From Candidatus Microgenomates bacterium (lineage in GTDB: Bacteria; Patescibacteriota; Microgenomatia; UBA8517), in NCBI GenBank assembly GCA_049523135.1, contig JBEKNE010000001.1, positions 542,809-606,808 on the forward strand: a stretch of 64,000 bases of DNA, given 5' to 3'. Below, piece by piece: positions 54,770-64,000 of this stretch. Position 1 is the first letter of the stretch, and each line of letters opens with the position of its first letter. The position numbers and the translations under genes are program-made. The notes beneath the pieces were generated by a model. It was not told the origin of the DNA and ran no database searches. It was given only the letters and a program-made list of their open reading frames with translations.

Positions 54770-54855
54770 GCCGGGGTGCTGAAATGGTATACAGGATGGT
54801 CTCAAAAACCATTGGGGTTTAAAGCCCCGTGGAGGTTCGACTCCTCTCCCCGGCA
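54770..54855 (+). tRNA. tRNA-Leu(CAA)
   Basis: Acceptor GCCGGGG/CCCCGGC, anticodon arm ATGGT-CTCAAAA-ACCAT, long variable arm GGGGTTTAAAGCCCC, GGTTCGACTC; CCA not encoded. Confidence 0.96.
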
Positions 54856-54979
54856 CACAGAAAATTTTGTTTTGATGGTGATTCAGTTCTATCCATTTTC
54901 CGTCTGATGAGTGGCGATAACACCCATCCGCGACAATACAGTCGGGGAAGTTAAGTACAAACTTTTTAAGATATAACTG

Positions 54980-55849
54980 CTATACTCCAATTTTCCAAAC
55001 ACCCCTTTCTCTAAAAGCTGGAATCGATTGTCTTTTGGCAGAATTAAAAACTCCAGAGCCCTGTAATTTATTTACTTTAACATATTCAGACAATGTAATT
55101 ATTTTGAGTCCTTTCATATAAGCTATCCGTTTATTTAAAGACTCGGTTAGGGCTTTACTAATTATTTTAGTCATCAATTTTGTACTTTTAGTTTTGTTAA
55201 ATTCATTAAAGCTGAGGTAATATTCAAGCTTTTCTTTATTTTTGACGATGATTTTTGGAAAACCTAAACTTGAAAGTTGGAAATTTATTAAAATTCTGCC
55301 GATTCTTCCATTTCCATCATTGAAGGGATGAATCGATTCAAACCCGAGATGAAACTCAGCAATTTTATCCAAGAAATATTTTGTCTGGTCACTTGAATAA
55401 TCTATTAACAAATCATTAATCAAACTCTCAACTTTTTCGGGTGAAGCACCTATGTGTGTTCCAATACGGACATATTCTTGTCCTCCTCTGAATCTTCCCG
55501 AAATTTTGTCGTTAATATTATCAAGAAGCATTTTATGAAGAAATAAAATCAATTCAATATTTAAATCAGTTTTTTCTTTGTTTCTTAGATACCCAAAAAT
55601 TCGAGCTAAGTTTTTAGCCTCAAAAACTTCCCTCAAACTTACATCGCGGGAAACCTCCATTTCCATCAAGATTTTCTCGGTTTCTTTAAGGGTAAGGGTT
55701 GAGTTCTCAATTGCATTACTGTTATAAACACTTTCTGCAATTTCCGCTTCATCGATTAAGCCAAGCAGCGAAGCTTTACCGGGCTTTAATTGATCAAACT
55801 CTCTTTTTAACTCGTCAATTTTGGCTTTTGTAGTAAATCCAACTGTCAT
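54980..55849 (-). CDS. Fic-domain protein (class II) with C-terminal HTH-like domain
   Basis: HPFNDGNGRIGR, inhibitory motif SNAIEN, C-terminal ITLSEY..IPAFRERGVWKI. Confidence 0.93.
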   Translation of the reverse strand: MTVGFTTKAKIDELKREFDQLKPGKASLLGLIDEAEIAESVYNSNAIENSTLTLKETEKILMEMEVSRDVSLREVFEAKNLARIFGYLRNKEKTDLNIELILFLHKMLLDNINDKISGRFRGGQEYVRIGTHIGASPEKVESLINDLLIDYSSDQTKYFLDKIAEFHLGFESIHPFNDGNGRIGRILINFQLSSLGFPKIIVKNKEKLEYYLSFNEFNKTKSTKLMTKIISKALTESLNKRIAYMKGLKIITLSEYVKVNKLQGSGVFNSAKRQSIPAFRERGVWKIGV

Positions 55850-55855
55850 AGTAGT

Positions 55856-55927
55856 ATTATATCATTTTCACTCGTTTTTGTCAAATATACGTGAATATAT
55901 CTCCAAAAACACTCAAATTCACGTATA
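55856..55927 (-). promoter_or_regulatory. Consensus fic promoter with adjacent 11-bp inverted repeat
   Basis: Minus-strand TTGACA (55879-55884) and TATAAT (55856-55861); TATACGTGAAT-N20-ATTCACGTATA at 55886-55927. Confidence 0.7.
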
Positions 55928-55960
55928 ATAGAACCCAAAGTAAGTTGGATCTAGAATATG

Positions 55961-56074
55961 TTAGATATGGTTCATAAACTGATAAAAAGTAGTATCGTCG
56001 AACAGCCTGGAATGCACCAGATCAGAAGAGAGATGAAGTGATTTTTGTACGCACAAGCGTAAAAAACTGTTCAT
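55961..56074 (-). CDS. Possible 37-aa peptide
   Basis: GGAGGTGA SD 6 nt before the ATG; MNSFLRLCVQKSLHLSSDLVHSRLFDDTTFYQFMNHI. Confidence 0.35.
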   Translation of the reverse strand: MNSFLRLCVQKSLHLSSDLVHSRLFDDTTFYQFMNHI

Positions 56075-56388
56075 GATAATTCACCTCCCTTCATAAATCT
56101 GGAAATAGCGGTTATTAGAACTGACTTTTCTTGAGGATCAATCCTTGAGGTTAGGTAGGTTCGAACATCGTCCCAGATGGTGCACCAAGTGTTATACCCT
56201 CAGTCTCAAACGTACAGATTGACTGATATGTCGAGCCTATTTGAATTTTTCTAATAAGTACTGTTACTAAACTCGGCCTACGGTTTTGTTAATTAGCTTC
56301 AAAAAATATTCAACTCGCTCTGGTGTAATTAATTGGCGAAGAGTAACTCTTGACAACATATGGTACAACATGTTATAGTACTTTCAAT

Positions 56389-56655
56389 ATGTTAAAGACT
56401 TACTTATATCTTCCAGAACAATTGGATCAAAAAATCTACCTTGTTGCTCAAACCCAAAACAAAAGCAAGGCGGAAGTAATTCGTCTTGCCTTAGAGAAAG
56501 GTATCAATGCAGTCGGCCAACAAGGAACTGCTTCTGCACTGATTCTTCTTAAACTTGCTGGTCTGGGCAAGCAGTATGGCTTAAAAGGACCAAAAGATAG
56601 TTCTGTAAGGATTGATGAGCTTTTGTGGGGAAAAGATTGGAGTAAAGATGAATAA
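56389..56655 (+). CDS. Ribbon-helix-helix antitoxin (VapB-like)
   Basis: KTYLYLP..SKAEVIRLAL; overlaps the PIN gene. Confidence 0.85.
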   Translation: MLKTYLYLPEQLDQKIYLVAQTQNKSKAEVIRLALEKGINAVGQQGTASALILLKLAGLGKQYGLKGPKDSSVRIDELLWGKDWSKDE

Positions 56656-57073
56656 ACCTCCGATTGTCATTGTTGATGCCGATGCCATTATTGCTCAGAC
56701 AAATCCGGATGATATACATCATCAAAAAGCTAGCGCGATTTCACAGAACTTAATTGAAATAAATGCGCAAGTTATTTATCCCGTAATGGCTATTGCGGAA
56801 GCTGCTACCCACATGCAACGAGTGTTAAATAGCACCGCAAGTGCTTACGGAACTGCACAGTTGATGATTGAAGCGGGTGCTCAGGTAGCTGAAGTCAATA
56901 AACAAACCATAGCAACTGCCCTTAAATATTTTAGTCCTACCACAAGCAAGAAAAATACACTTTTTGATTGTCTTGTAGCAGCTGTTGCTCAAGAATATAA
57001 AGCAGATGCGATTTTTTCTTTTGACCGTTTTTACGTAAAAAGGGGGTTTAAGCTAGCAGAAGACTTAAAATAG
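56648..57073 (+). CDS. PIN-domain toxin (VapC-like)
   Basis: IVDADAIIA, D.HH, AE, FDC, FSFDRF acidic PIN residues. Confidence 0.9.
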   Translation: MNKPPIVIVDADAIIAQTNPDDIHHQKASAISQNLIEINAQVIYPVMAIAEAATHMQRVLNSTASAYGTAQLMIEAGAQVAEVNKQTIATALKYFSPTTSKKNTLFDCLVAAVAQEYKADAIFSFDRFYVKRGFKLAEDLK

Positions 57074-57281
57074 GCCAACTTTCATAATTTCTTTTATTCT
57101 ATCTTTTTAGCTCAGTTTTTTCGTATAATAACCTTCAGAAAAGCGATCGCCCCAGGATGTAAATGGGTCGATTTCAAGTTCTTTTTGATCTTGGTAGTGT
57201 AGCATTAAATTGTGAATCCAAGGTAAAAAGTGTTTGAATAGAAATGCACCCGGGGCATCCACTTCATGCTATTATATTGTT

Positions 57282-58739
57282 ATGTTTTCCAGGCTCATCA
57301 GGTACAAGGAAAGGATACTATCTTCGTTTGTTTACTTAATTCTTTTCCTTTACTCTATTTTTCCTTACAGCGATAAAGACTGGGGCTGGCACTATAGATA
57401 TGGTGAGTATTTGCTTACGCAGGGGAAAATCCTAACACAGGACATCTTTACATGGACTATGCAAGGCATGAAGTGGGCTAATCCTTCGTGGTTATATGAT
57501 CCCCTTCTCTACCTTTTGACTAAAACGGTGGGTTATGTCGGGCTATCAATAATTGGGGCTCTGGTCTTTGTTTCGACTTTTTATATTCTTATTTCAAACT
57601 TCAAACTTTCGTACTGGAAAAAGGCCATTTTGGCTTTTTTCTTTATATTGATAGCTCAGGTAGCAATCGGTGAGGGCCTCAGATCGCAGGTATTAAGTCT
57701 TCTTTTCTTCTCCATATTGATGTCGATTATTATCAAATCACTTAAAAATATAAAGGTAATTTTCTTCCTACCAATACTTTTTTTGCTGTGGGTAAACTTT
57801 CATGGCGACTTCGCCGCCGGACTTGGCATTGCAGGACTTTTCTTGGGAAGTTATTTTCTGATAGATCTCTGGAAAACAAAGAAATTCTCAAGAGAAAAAT
57901 TTCTAACACTGGGTGCTACACTTCTTCTGTCTTTCGCTGTCACATTCATAAACCCATTTGGCTATCACGCTTATCTGGAAGTCCTATCAAATATAGGAAG
58001 CCCTTATATCAAAAATATTCTCGAGTGGTTGCCTATCTATGACAACTGCCCATATTGTCATATCTATATCTTTGCTATTTATTCTTTTACCACACTCCTT
58101 TTATTTGTAAAAAGAAGGAATTTATATGATATTCCTTACATACTCGCTTATTTAATTCTCTTAATACCTACCATTCAAACCAGACGCCTTCTCCCCATAT
58201 TTCTTATAGTTACCATGCCGGTTCTTTGCCAAATCCTGGAAGAAATAGTGTGGAATATTGATCAATTCAAAGTAACTTCTTATGCATTTTTCCTAATAAT
58301 AGTCGTTTGTATCGAGTTTGCTTTTTTTAACAGATATTCCTCAGATGATTTGTATCACTATTCAGAAACCGACTTCGCAAATAACCTTTCGTCATGTTCG
58401 CTTAATGCAGTAAACTATCTGCTTTCCCATCCTCCAAAAGGAAAGGGGTTTAATTTTTATGATTGGGGCGGCTACTTGATCGGAAAGGGTTTACCCGCAA
58501 AAATCTATATCGACGGGCGAAATCTTGCCATGGAGCAGACAGGATATATGCCTTTTTCCGGCTTTATTTCAATGTATTATCAAAACAACTATGATCTATT
58601 TAATAAATACGACTTCGATTGGGTATTCGTGCAAACGAATTCGAATATAGCCAACAAACTTTATTACACAAAAGATTTGGGAAACTGGAAAGTGGAATTT
58701 TCTGATACTAATGCTACTTATTTTGTAAGAATACGATGA
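57282..58739 (+). CDS. Polytopic membrane protein, probable GT-C glycosyltransferase
   Basis: DKDWGWH..G, SWLYD, LR.Q, LWVNFHG, INPFG, EW.P, YDWGGYL, IDGR. Confidence 0.7.
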   Translation: MFSRLIRYKERILSSFVYLILFLYSIFPYSDKDWGWHYRYGEYLLTQGKILTQDIFTWTMQGMKWANPSWLYDPLLYLLTKTVGYVGLSIIGALVFVSTFYILISNFKLSYWKKAILAFFFILIAQVAIGEGLRSQVLSLLFFSILMSIIIKSLKNIKVIFFLPILFLLWVNFHGDFAAGLGIAGLFLGSYFLIDLWKTKKFSREKFLTLGATLLLSFAVTFINPFGYHAYLEVLSNIGSPYIKNILEWLPIYDNCPYCHIYIFAIYSFTTLLLFVKRRNLYDIPYILAYLILLIPTIQTRRLLPIFLIVTMPVLCQILEEIVWNIDQFKVTSYAFFLIIVVCIEFAFFNRYSSDDLYHYSETDFANNLSSCSLNAVNYLLSHPPKGKGFNFYDWGGYLIGKGLPAKIYIDGRNLAMEQTGYMPFSGFISMYYQNNYDLFNKYDFDWVFVQTNSNIANKLYYTKDLGNWKVEFSDTNATYFVRIR

Positions 58740-60280
58740 AAAAAGAAAATATTTTTGCGATATTAATCGCCCTGGTTGTTTTGATTTTTATCAATCTGCC
58801 GATTTTCTATTTCTTTGTCTTTCACCAATCCAATCTGGTCTTTCTTGGAAGAAGATCGCTTAATCCAGAAGATACTTATCCACTCGTATCCCTTATCGAA
58901 CAGGCAAAACAAGGTAAAATTCTTTTTGCAAATTTATATACCTCGGAGGTTCAAATTCCTTCCCTATTTATGCCTTCTTATCTTCTTATCGGGAGTGTGG
59001 CAGCCCTTTTTAACATTTCCTCCATTGCAGCCTTCCAGGGAGCAAGAATAATTTTTTCAATATTATTATTCTTTGTCATATATAAGTTTCTGTATAAATT
59101 TTTTGATAAACCTAACGAAAGATTACTTGCATTTATCATTGTTTTGACTTCTTCCGGATTCGGTTTTCTATTAAACAAAATTGCTTCCGCATCCAGCGAT
59201 CTTTGGATGCCGGGATCCAACACTTTTCTTACCCTTGAAGATGCACCTTATATAATACTATCCCAAATACTGATGATGTCGGGCTTCTATCTTTTTCTTA
59301 ACTTTATCGAAAAGAAAAAAGTTATTTATATAGTCGGCTCATCAATTCTTTTTCTATTTTTATCATTTGAATACCCTTTTAGCATTTTGGTCACCGCTCC
59401 TACAATACTTTTTACCTGCATTTTATCCGGTTTGCCCATCTTTAAATCCGTATTGATATTCCTTGTCAGCTCTTTCGGAATCGTAAACTTTGTAATTGAA
59501 ATGCACAAAGATACCTTCATTAAATTCTGGCAATCGGCAAACATACTACAATCCCCATCCCCAACTTCCTATTTGGCCGGTTATGGTCTTTTAATCATCT
59601 TAGCCTTGGTCGGTATAGAGCAGTTCATGAAAAAAAACCGGATATCGGAAAAATTAATTGTTATTTGGGTTTTTTTCTGCATTGCTCTTTTATACTTACC
59701 CTTCACTTTCCAAGGCAGAATGATAAACGGATTACATATTCCTATTTCTATTCTGGCAACCTGCGGTCTTATAAAAATAATCTCTATGATAAAAAAACCG
59801 TGGTCCAAAGTAGTAATCATAACCTCACTGATAATACTTGCTCTGACTCCGGTTTACTCTGTAGTCAGGGATTTTGAAAATATTGCAAAAGAATCACCTC
59901 AGGTAGATTATTTCTTTATCTCCAAACCGGAAATCCAAGCTTTAAATTGGCTGAAGAATCAGACAAATTCAAATGACATAATTTTGGCAAATTGGACTTA
60001 TGGGAATATTATCCCAGGAATTACCGGTAGGAAAGTTTTCCTGGGTCATCAATTCTGGACTGTTTCATTTGAACAAAAAGTCCAATTAATTAATACTTTA
60101 CTGCTTAATAACAATCCCACTGCCGTCAGTCTTGTCCTAAAGGAAAACGGAATTACATATATATTCCTGGGTATAAATGATTCGATGATCACATATGGCT
60201 TCAAACCTGAATCCGAGCCATTCTTGCAAAAAGTTTATTCCAAAGACGGTGTAAGCATTTATAAAGTAATCCCTTATTAA
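58736..60280 (+). CDS. Polytopic membrane protein, probable GT-C glycosyltransferase
   Basis: Many TMs, EDTY loop, STT3-like C-terminal domain (ALNWLK..ILA..IPGITGRKVFLGH..ITYIF..IYKV). Confidence 0.65.
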   Translation: MKKENIFAILIALVVLIFINLPIFYFFVFHQSNLVFLGRRSLNPEDTYPLVSLIEQAKQGKILFANLYTSEVQIPSLFMPSYLLIGSVAALFNISSIAAFQGARIIFSILLFFVIYKFLYKFFDKPNERLLAFIIVLTSSGFGFLLNKIASASSDLWMPGSNTFLTLEDAPYIILSQILMMSGFYLFLNFIEKKKVIYIVGSSILFLFLSFEYPFSILVTAPTILFTCILSGLPIFKSVLIFLVSSFGIVNFVIEMHKDTFIKFWQSANILQSPSPTSYLAGYGLLIILALVGIEQFMKKNRISEKLIVIWVFFCIALLYLPFTFQGRMINGLHIPISILATCGLIKIISMIKKPWSKVVIITSLIILALTPVYSVVRDFENIAKESPQVDYFFISKPEIQALNWLKNQTNSNDIILANWTYGNIIPGITGRKVFLGHQFWTVSFEQKVQLINTLLLNNNPTAVSLVLKENGITYIFLGINDSMITYGFKPESEPFLQKVYSKDGVSIYKVIPY

Positions 60281-63085
60281 TTACTTTGTGTGTTTTGTTT
60301 CTCTTCCAAAAAACTTAATCCTGTCCCCTCTGAAGCGAAGAGGAACGCTTTTTAAAGGACCGTTTCTATGTTTGGCAATATCAAGCATAATATTTTCAGG
60401 GTTTTCATCATCTTCACGCCAGAGAAACATGACAACGTCCGAATCTTGTTCAATCCCACCCGAGTCTCTGAGATCAGCAAGCTGCGGCTTCTTCCCCCCT
60501 CTAGTTTCAACAGCCCTAGAAAGCTGAGAAAGAGCCAAAACTGGAATTTTAAGCTCCCTTGCCAGATTTTTTAAGCCTTGAGAAATTTCCGATACCTCCT
60601 GAACTCGATTTTCCAGGTTTCTGGACCTTGCAAGCTGTAGATAGTCTACGACTAGGAGATCAAGCCCGTTTTCTACCTGAAGACGACGTGCTTTCGTGCG
60701 CATTTCAAGGATAGAAAGGGCAGGAGTATCATCAATAAATAGAGGTGCCTCAGCGAGAATACCCATTGCATCACTCAGCTTTGAAAAATCATCCTCCGAA
60801 AGTTTTCCAGTCTTCAGTTTCCACGCATCAATATCGGCTTGTGCAACCAAAAGCCTGTCTATAAGCTCTTCCCTACTCATTTCTAGCGAGAAAAATCCAA
60901 CCGGGCGTTTCAGCTCAACTGCAACATACTGAGCGATATTCATTGCTAGGGAGGTGTTATGAACCACAATATCATTTGCAATGAAGTTGTGGGTTTTATC
61001 AATCGCCAAATCGTATACACGCTTTACTCCTACCCGTCTAATGCTTACTATTTTGTCCCAATAAAGATCACTTTCCGCCAAATACAATAGTTTTCTTGAG
61101 TTTATTGCTAAAGCAACTTCCTTAAGAGTCTCTCTTCGTAACTGTCTTTTATTAACACGGATATTGTGCGTCAAGTTTCGACCCATTTTCCTATAAACCT
61201 CTCTCCATGTCATTTCCCCCTTCTCTTTGATAACCAATTTCCAAGCATCCATTGGTATCGTATCTTTAGACCATGTTTTTGGGATATTTACAGTTTTTGC
61301 CAATTTCTCTAGTTTTCTTATTTTGTCCTCTTTACCAAAAATACCTATTTCCTTAATAAACATTAGAATGTTTGTCGCACCCATAATCTCCAATTCAAAC
61401 GATTTTTTAAAACCCCCTTTATATCTAACTTTCTTCTCTCTGAGTCTGGCCAAAATACCGAACCTTAAGAGAAGGTGTTTTACTCCTTCTGCTAATTTGT
61501 ACGATGAAGAAGAAAAACTGATTCTACCCACTCCCCTAGATTTTGAGGGCATTGCGCTTCCTTCACATGCAAAAAGTCTATTAAGAAATAATCTCAGATT
61601 TTCCTTATTTAATTCAAAAACTTCTCTCGGTATTTCTTTTTCTATCGACAGTTTTCCCATTACACCTAGGGAGGTTAACCAATTGGAAACAGGGTTTTCC
61701 CTATCTATCCTTTCTGTATCTTCTCCTAAATATTCACTCAACTTTTTATAAGTAGATACACCAGGCAGAGAAACACCCGAAACCCACGCATCTACAAGTG
61801 CAGGACTTACACTAAGGATTAAAGCTAATTTTGTATGAGTTAAGTGGTTTTCTGTCATTTTTTTGCTGATTCTCTTGGCAAATTTAATTCGTAAATCTTT
61901 TCTATACGGATCTTTCTTTATTACAGTAACTGTAGGGGTTCTAAACCTAATCTTGCTTTGCTTTACCAACCTGGTGGTTACATCACCAAATTTTTCAACT
62001 GAATCACAAAAATCAGATAAAATAATATTGTTGCTATTAGTAAATCTTGGAGAAGAAGATGTCACACCCCCATCTCCTAATAGATAAGCCAGGATTTTTA
62101 CTCTCCAACTGTCCCAAACTCTATAGCCAAAATATTCCATCTTTCTTGGAATAGCTATTCTTACCCCAACTTTAAGTTCTTCTACTTTTTTCCAACCGTT
62201 AATTGTCAGTAATGGATGGACGGCCGTTGCTTCAAGTTTATTACCTAAGGCAGTCTTAATCTCATAAACAGGCTTTTTACCATCATCCACAAAGGCTGAG
62301 GGGTCAATTCCTCCATGAATCTTAAAATTACTATCCAATGTTGAGATTTTAACTTCCTTATGAGAAACAATATCTGATATTGTTTGCCTTCTACCCGTAC
62401 TAGAATCAATTACTAACGTATCTCCTGCCACACACTTTCCAACTCCAGGGCGCGCGGCTAAAACCAAGAGGTTTGATTGCTGCATTCCGGCCAAAGCATC
62501 ATCCAAATCAGGGAAGCCAGTCGGGACACCCCTCATGCCAGCTCCAGATTTATGCAACTCATCAAGTCTGTCAAAACTTTCTGCCAAGGTATCCCGAACT
62601 GAAGTAAAAGCCTTAGTTGAAGATCTCTGACTTAAGGAAAAAATTTCACTTTCGGCTTTATCAAGAGCCTCGCTTGCTCCCAATCCTTCATCCATCGAAA
62701 CTTCAACAAGTCGGGATGCTGCCGACATCAAAGATCTTTTCGTGGCAGTATCCTTAACAATTCTTCCGTAATGCTCAACGTGAGCCGCAGTCGGAACTTT
62801 ATTAGCAAGGTCTGCTAAAAACGACGAACTCCCGATACTTTTAAGAGCTTTCATCTTCTTAAGCCTCTCCGTAACAGTCAAAACATCAATTGGGATACGC
62901 TCTTCATAAAGATCAAGGCATGCGTTATAAATATCTCTGAGGCGTTCATCGTAAAAATCTTCAGGAAGCAAAAATTCTGCAACAGCAATAACCGCGTCCT
63001 TATCAATAAGCATCGCTCCAAGAACACTTTCTTCTGCTTCCTGGGAATGAGGTGGGACTCTAAGTTGGTTTGATTGTACTGCCAT
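60281..63085 (-). CDS. dnaB: Replicative DNA helicase DnaB, intein-containing
   Basis: PPHSQEAEESVLG, AARPGVGK/TS, FSLEM, VDYLQL, LSQLSR, DLRDSG.IEQD, AKHRNGP. Confidence 0.97.
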   Translation of the reverse strand: MAVQSNQLRVPPHSQEAEESVLGAMLIDKDAVIAVAEFLLPEDFYDERLRDIYNACLDLYEERIPIDVLTVTERLKKMKALKSIGSSSFLADLANKVPTAAHVEHYGRIVKDTATKRSLMSAASRLVEVSMDEGLGASEALDKAESEIFSLSQRSSTKAFTSVRDTLAESFDRLDELHKSGAGMRGVPTGFPDLDDALAGMQQSNLLVLAARPGVGKCVAGDTLVIDSSTGRRQTISDIVSHKEVKISTLDSNFKIHGGIDPSAFVDDGKKPVYEIKTALGNKLEATAVHPLLTINGWKKVEELKVGVRIAIPRKMEYFGYRVWDSWRVKILAYLLGDGGVTSSSPRFTNSNNIILSDFCDSVEKFGDVTTRLVKQSKIRFRTPTVTVIKKDPYRKDLRIKFAKRISKKMTENHLTHTKLALILSVSPALVDAWVSGVSLPGVSTYKKLSEYLGEDTERIDRENPVSNWLTSLGVMGKLSIEKEIPREVFELNKENLRLFLNRLFACEGSAMPSKSRGVGRISFSSSSYKLAEGVKHLLLRFGILARLREKKVRYKGGFKKSFELEIMGATNILMFIKEIGIFGKEDKIRKLEKLAKTVNIPKTWSKDTIPMDAWKLVIKEKGEMTWREVYRKMGRNLTHNIRVNKRQLRRETLKEVALAINSRKLLYLAESDLYWDKIVSIRRVGVKRVYDLAIDKTHNFIANDIVVHNTSLAMNIAQYVAVELKRPVGFFSLEMSREELIDRLLVAQADIDAWKLKTGKLSEDDFSKLSDAMGILAEAPLFIDDTPALSILEMRTKARRLQVENGLDLLVVDYLQLARSRNLENRVQEVSEISQGLKNLARELKIPVLALSQLSRAVETRGGKKPQLADLRDSGGIEQDSDVVMFLWREDDENPENIMLDIAKHRNGPLKSVPLRFRGDRIKFFGRETKHTK
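60956..62434 (-). mobile_element. 493-aa LAGLIDADG intein in the DnaB Walker A motif
   Basis: Starts CVAGDT after GVGK; ATAVHPLL; LAYLLGDG and FLNRLFACEG; ends VYDLAI..HNFIANDIVVHN followed by Thr. Confidence 0.95.
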
Positions 63086-63124
63086 ATAACTTACTTATAT
63101 AAACCCCTTTAGGCAGTATGTAAA

Positions 63125-63778
63125 CTACTTTCTTTCCAGAATAATAACTTTAGTACTCTGGTCTTCGACGATATCTTCTTTTTTGACTGAAAATTTCGGC
63201 AGAGTTTCTACTGTCATACCAATTTCTTTTATAAAAGTTTCTTTCGGCTCCAATGACGCAAACTGGTCCCCTTTCATTTCGGGAATTTTATAATGCATCG
63301 GGATAATAAAATAGGGGTCAATCTTGGAACAAACTTCCACCGCTTCTTTCGGACCGATTGTAAAAAATCCTCCGACGGGAATCATCAGAATATCTATTGA
63401 ACCCATTTCATTAACCAGGTCATCGCTTAGGCTATGACCCAAATCCCCAAGGTGAGCGAGTCTTAAACCGTCCGCTTCGTAAACATAAATCGTGTTTTTC
63501 CCTCTTTCGGTTCCCCCTTTATTATCATGGAAAGACGGGTAACCGATTATCGATACTCCGTTTATTTCATATTCACCCGGTCCGTCAACAATCTTTTTAA
63601 CATTACCGACTTTATCGGTAGCATCGTGGTCGTGGTGATGGTGGGAAACCGTTACGATATCCCCTTCAACCCCACTGTATTTAATTCCAACCATAGCGGA
63701 ATCAAAAGGATCGGTAATCACGGTTGCTGTTTTTGTTTTAATTTTGAAAGAAGAATGCCCTAAATATGTGATGTCCAT
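63125..63778 (-). CDS. Metallo-beta-lactamase fold hydrolase
   Basis: ITYLGHSSF, SHHHHDH, FHD, HLGDLG, IPMHY. Confidence 0.92.
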   Translation of the reverse strand: MDITYLGHSSFKIKTKTATVITDPFDSAMVGIKYSGVEGDIVTVSHHHHDHDATDKVGNVKKIVDGPGEYEINGVSIIGYPSFHDNKGGTERGKNTIYVYEADGLRLAHLGDLGHSLSDDLVNEMGSIDILMIPVGGFFTIGPKEAVEVCSKIDPYFIIPMHYKIPEMKGDQFASLEPKETFIKEIGMTVETLPKFSVKKEDIVEDQSTKVIILERK

Positions 63779-63867
63779 TGGTATTTGCACTCTAGCAAAT
63801 ACTCCCGCCCTAATCAATACCTTTTTACCTTGACTTAAACTGTCTCTTCGGCTATATTGTGGTTTCG

Positions 63868-64000
63868 ATGAGAAAAGAACTGATTTGGGCCATTGTTATA
63901 GGAATACTTTTTGGATTGATAATTGCATTCGGTGTATGGAGAATAAATCTTTCCACAAAATCCAACTCCCAAGGCACCCAACCCACACCAACCCCCGAAA
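63868..64000 (+). CDS. Membrane-anchored hypothetical protein, runs off the window end
   Basis: MRKELIWAIVIGILFGLIIAFGVWR then Thr/Pro-rich sequence. Confidence 0.6.
   Translation, partial: MRKELIWAIVIGILFGLIIAFGVWRINLSTKSNSQGTQPTPTPE

Noticed and set aside
54870-54950. CTGATGA downstream of tRNA-Leu as a hammerhead ribozyme or fluoride riboswitch
   Set aside because: No correctly placed GAAA and stems for a hammerhead, and the fluoride aptamer pseudoknot could not be built.
56120-56220. GGTTCGA-containing, partly self-complementary segment as a tRNA remnant (attR) or 6S-like RNA
   Set aside because: The match to the tRNA is only about 8 nt and the pairing is patchy; it reads equally well as a decayed coding fragment.

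Overview
AT-rich bacterial chromosomal window in the standard genetic code. Gene content and architecture point to a Patescibacteria/CPR genome, probably Microgenomates (inference): truncated HolB, type IV pilus locus without PilP/PilQ, membrane H+-pyrophosphatase, sortase, and largely leaderless genes. Core genes include pbp1A (partial), tyrS, recG, rpmF-nusB-ACP-like-rnc-rpsP-khpA, gyrB, gyrA, metK, a Xer recombinase, yebC, an RluA-family synthase, a DksA/TraR protein, dnaB and tRNA-Leu(CAA). A 13 kb type IV pilus locus carries 11 pilin-like genes. Most notable: (1) a four-gene locus between gyrB and gyrA encoding secreted Asn/Gln/Thr/Gly-repeat proteins, an FN3 protein with a sorting signal and a sortase, behind an attenuator-like leader, a candidate sortase-anchored beta-repeat (amyloid-like) surface fibre; (2) three endonuclease-containing inteins (GyrB, DnaB and one inside the Xer catalytic motif) plus a free-standing LAGLIDADG gene; (3) a compact SAM-I-family riboswitch whose P1 helix covers the metK start codon; (4) lipoprotein genes with boxA-like leaders, one bracketed by a 13-bp inverted repeat; (5) a Cys-rich domain shared by two surface proteins; (6) a Fic/VapBC islet after tRNA-Leu. 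All calls come from reading the sequence; no searches were run.
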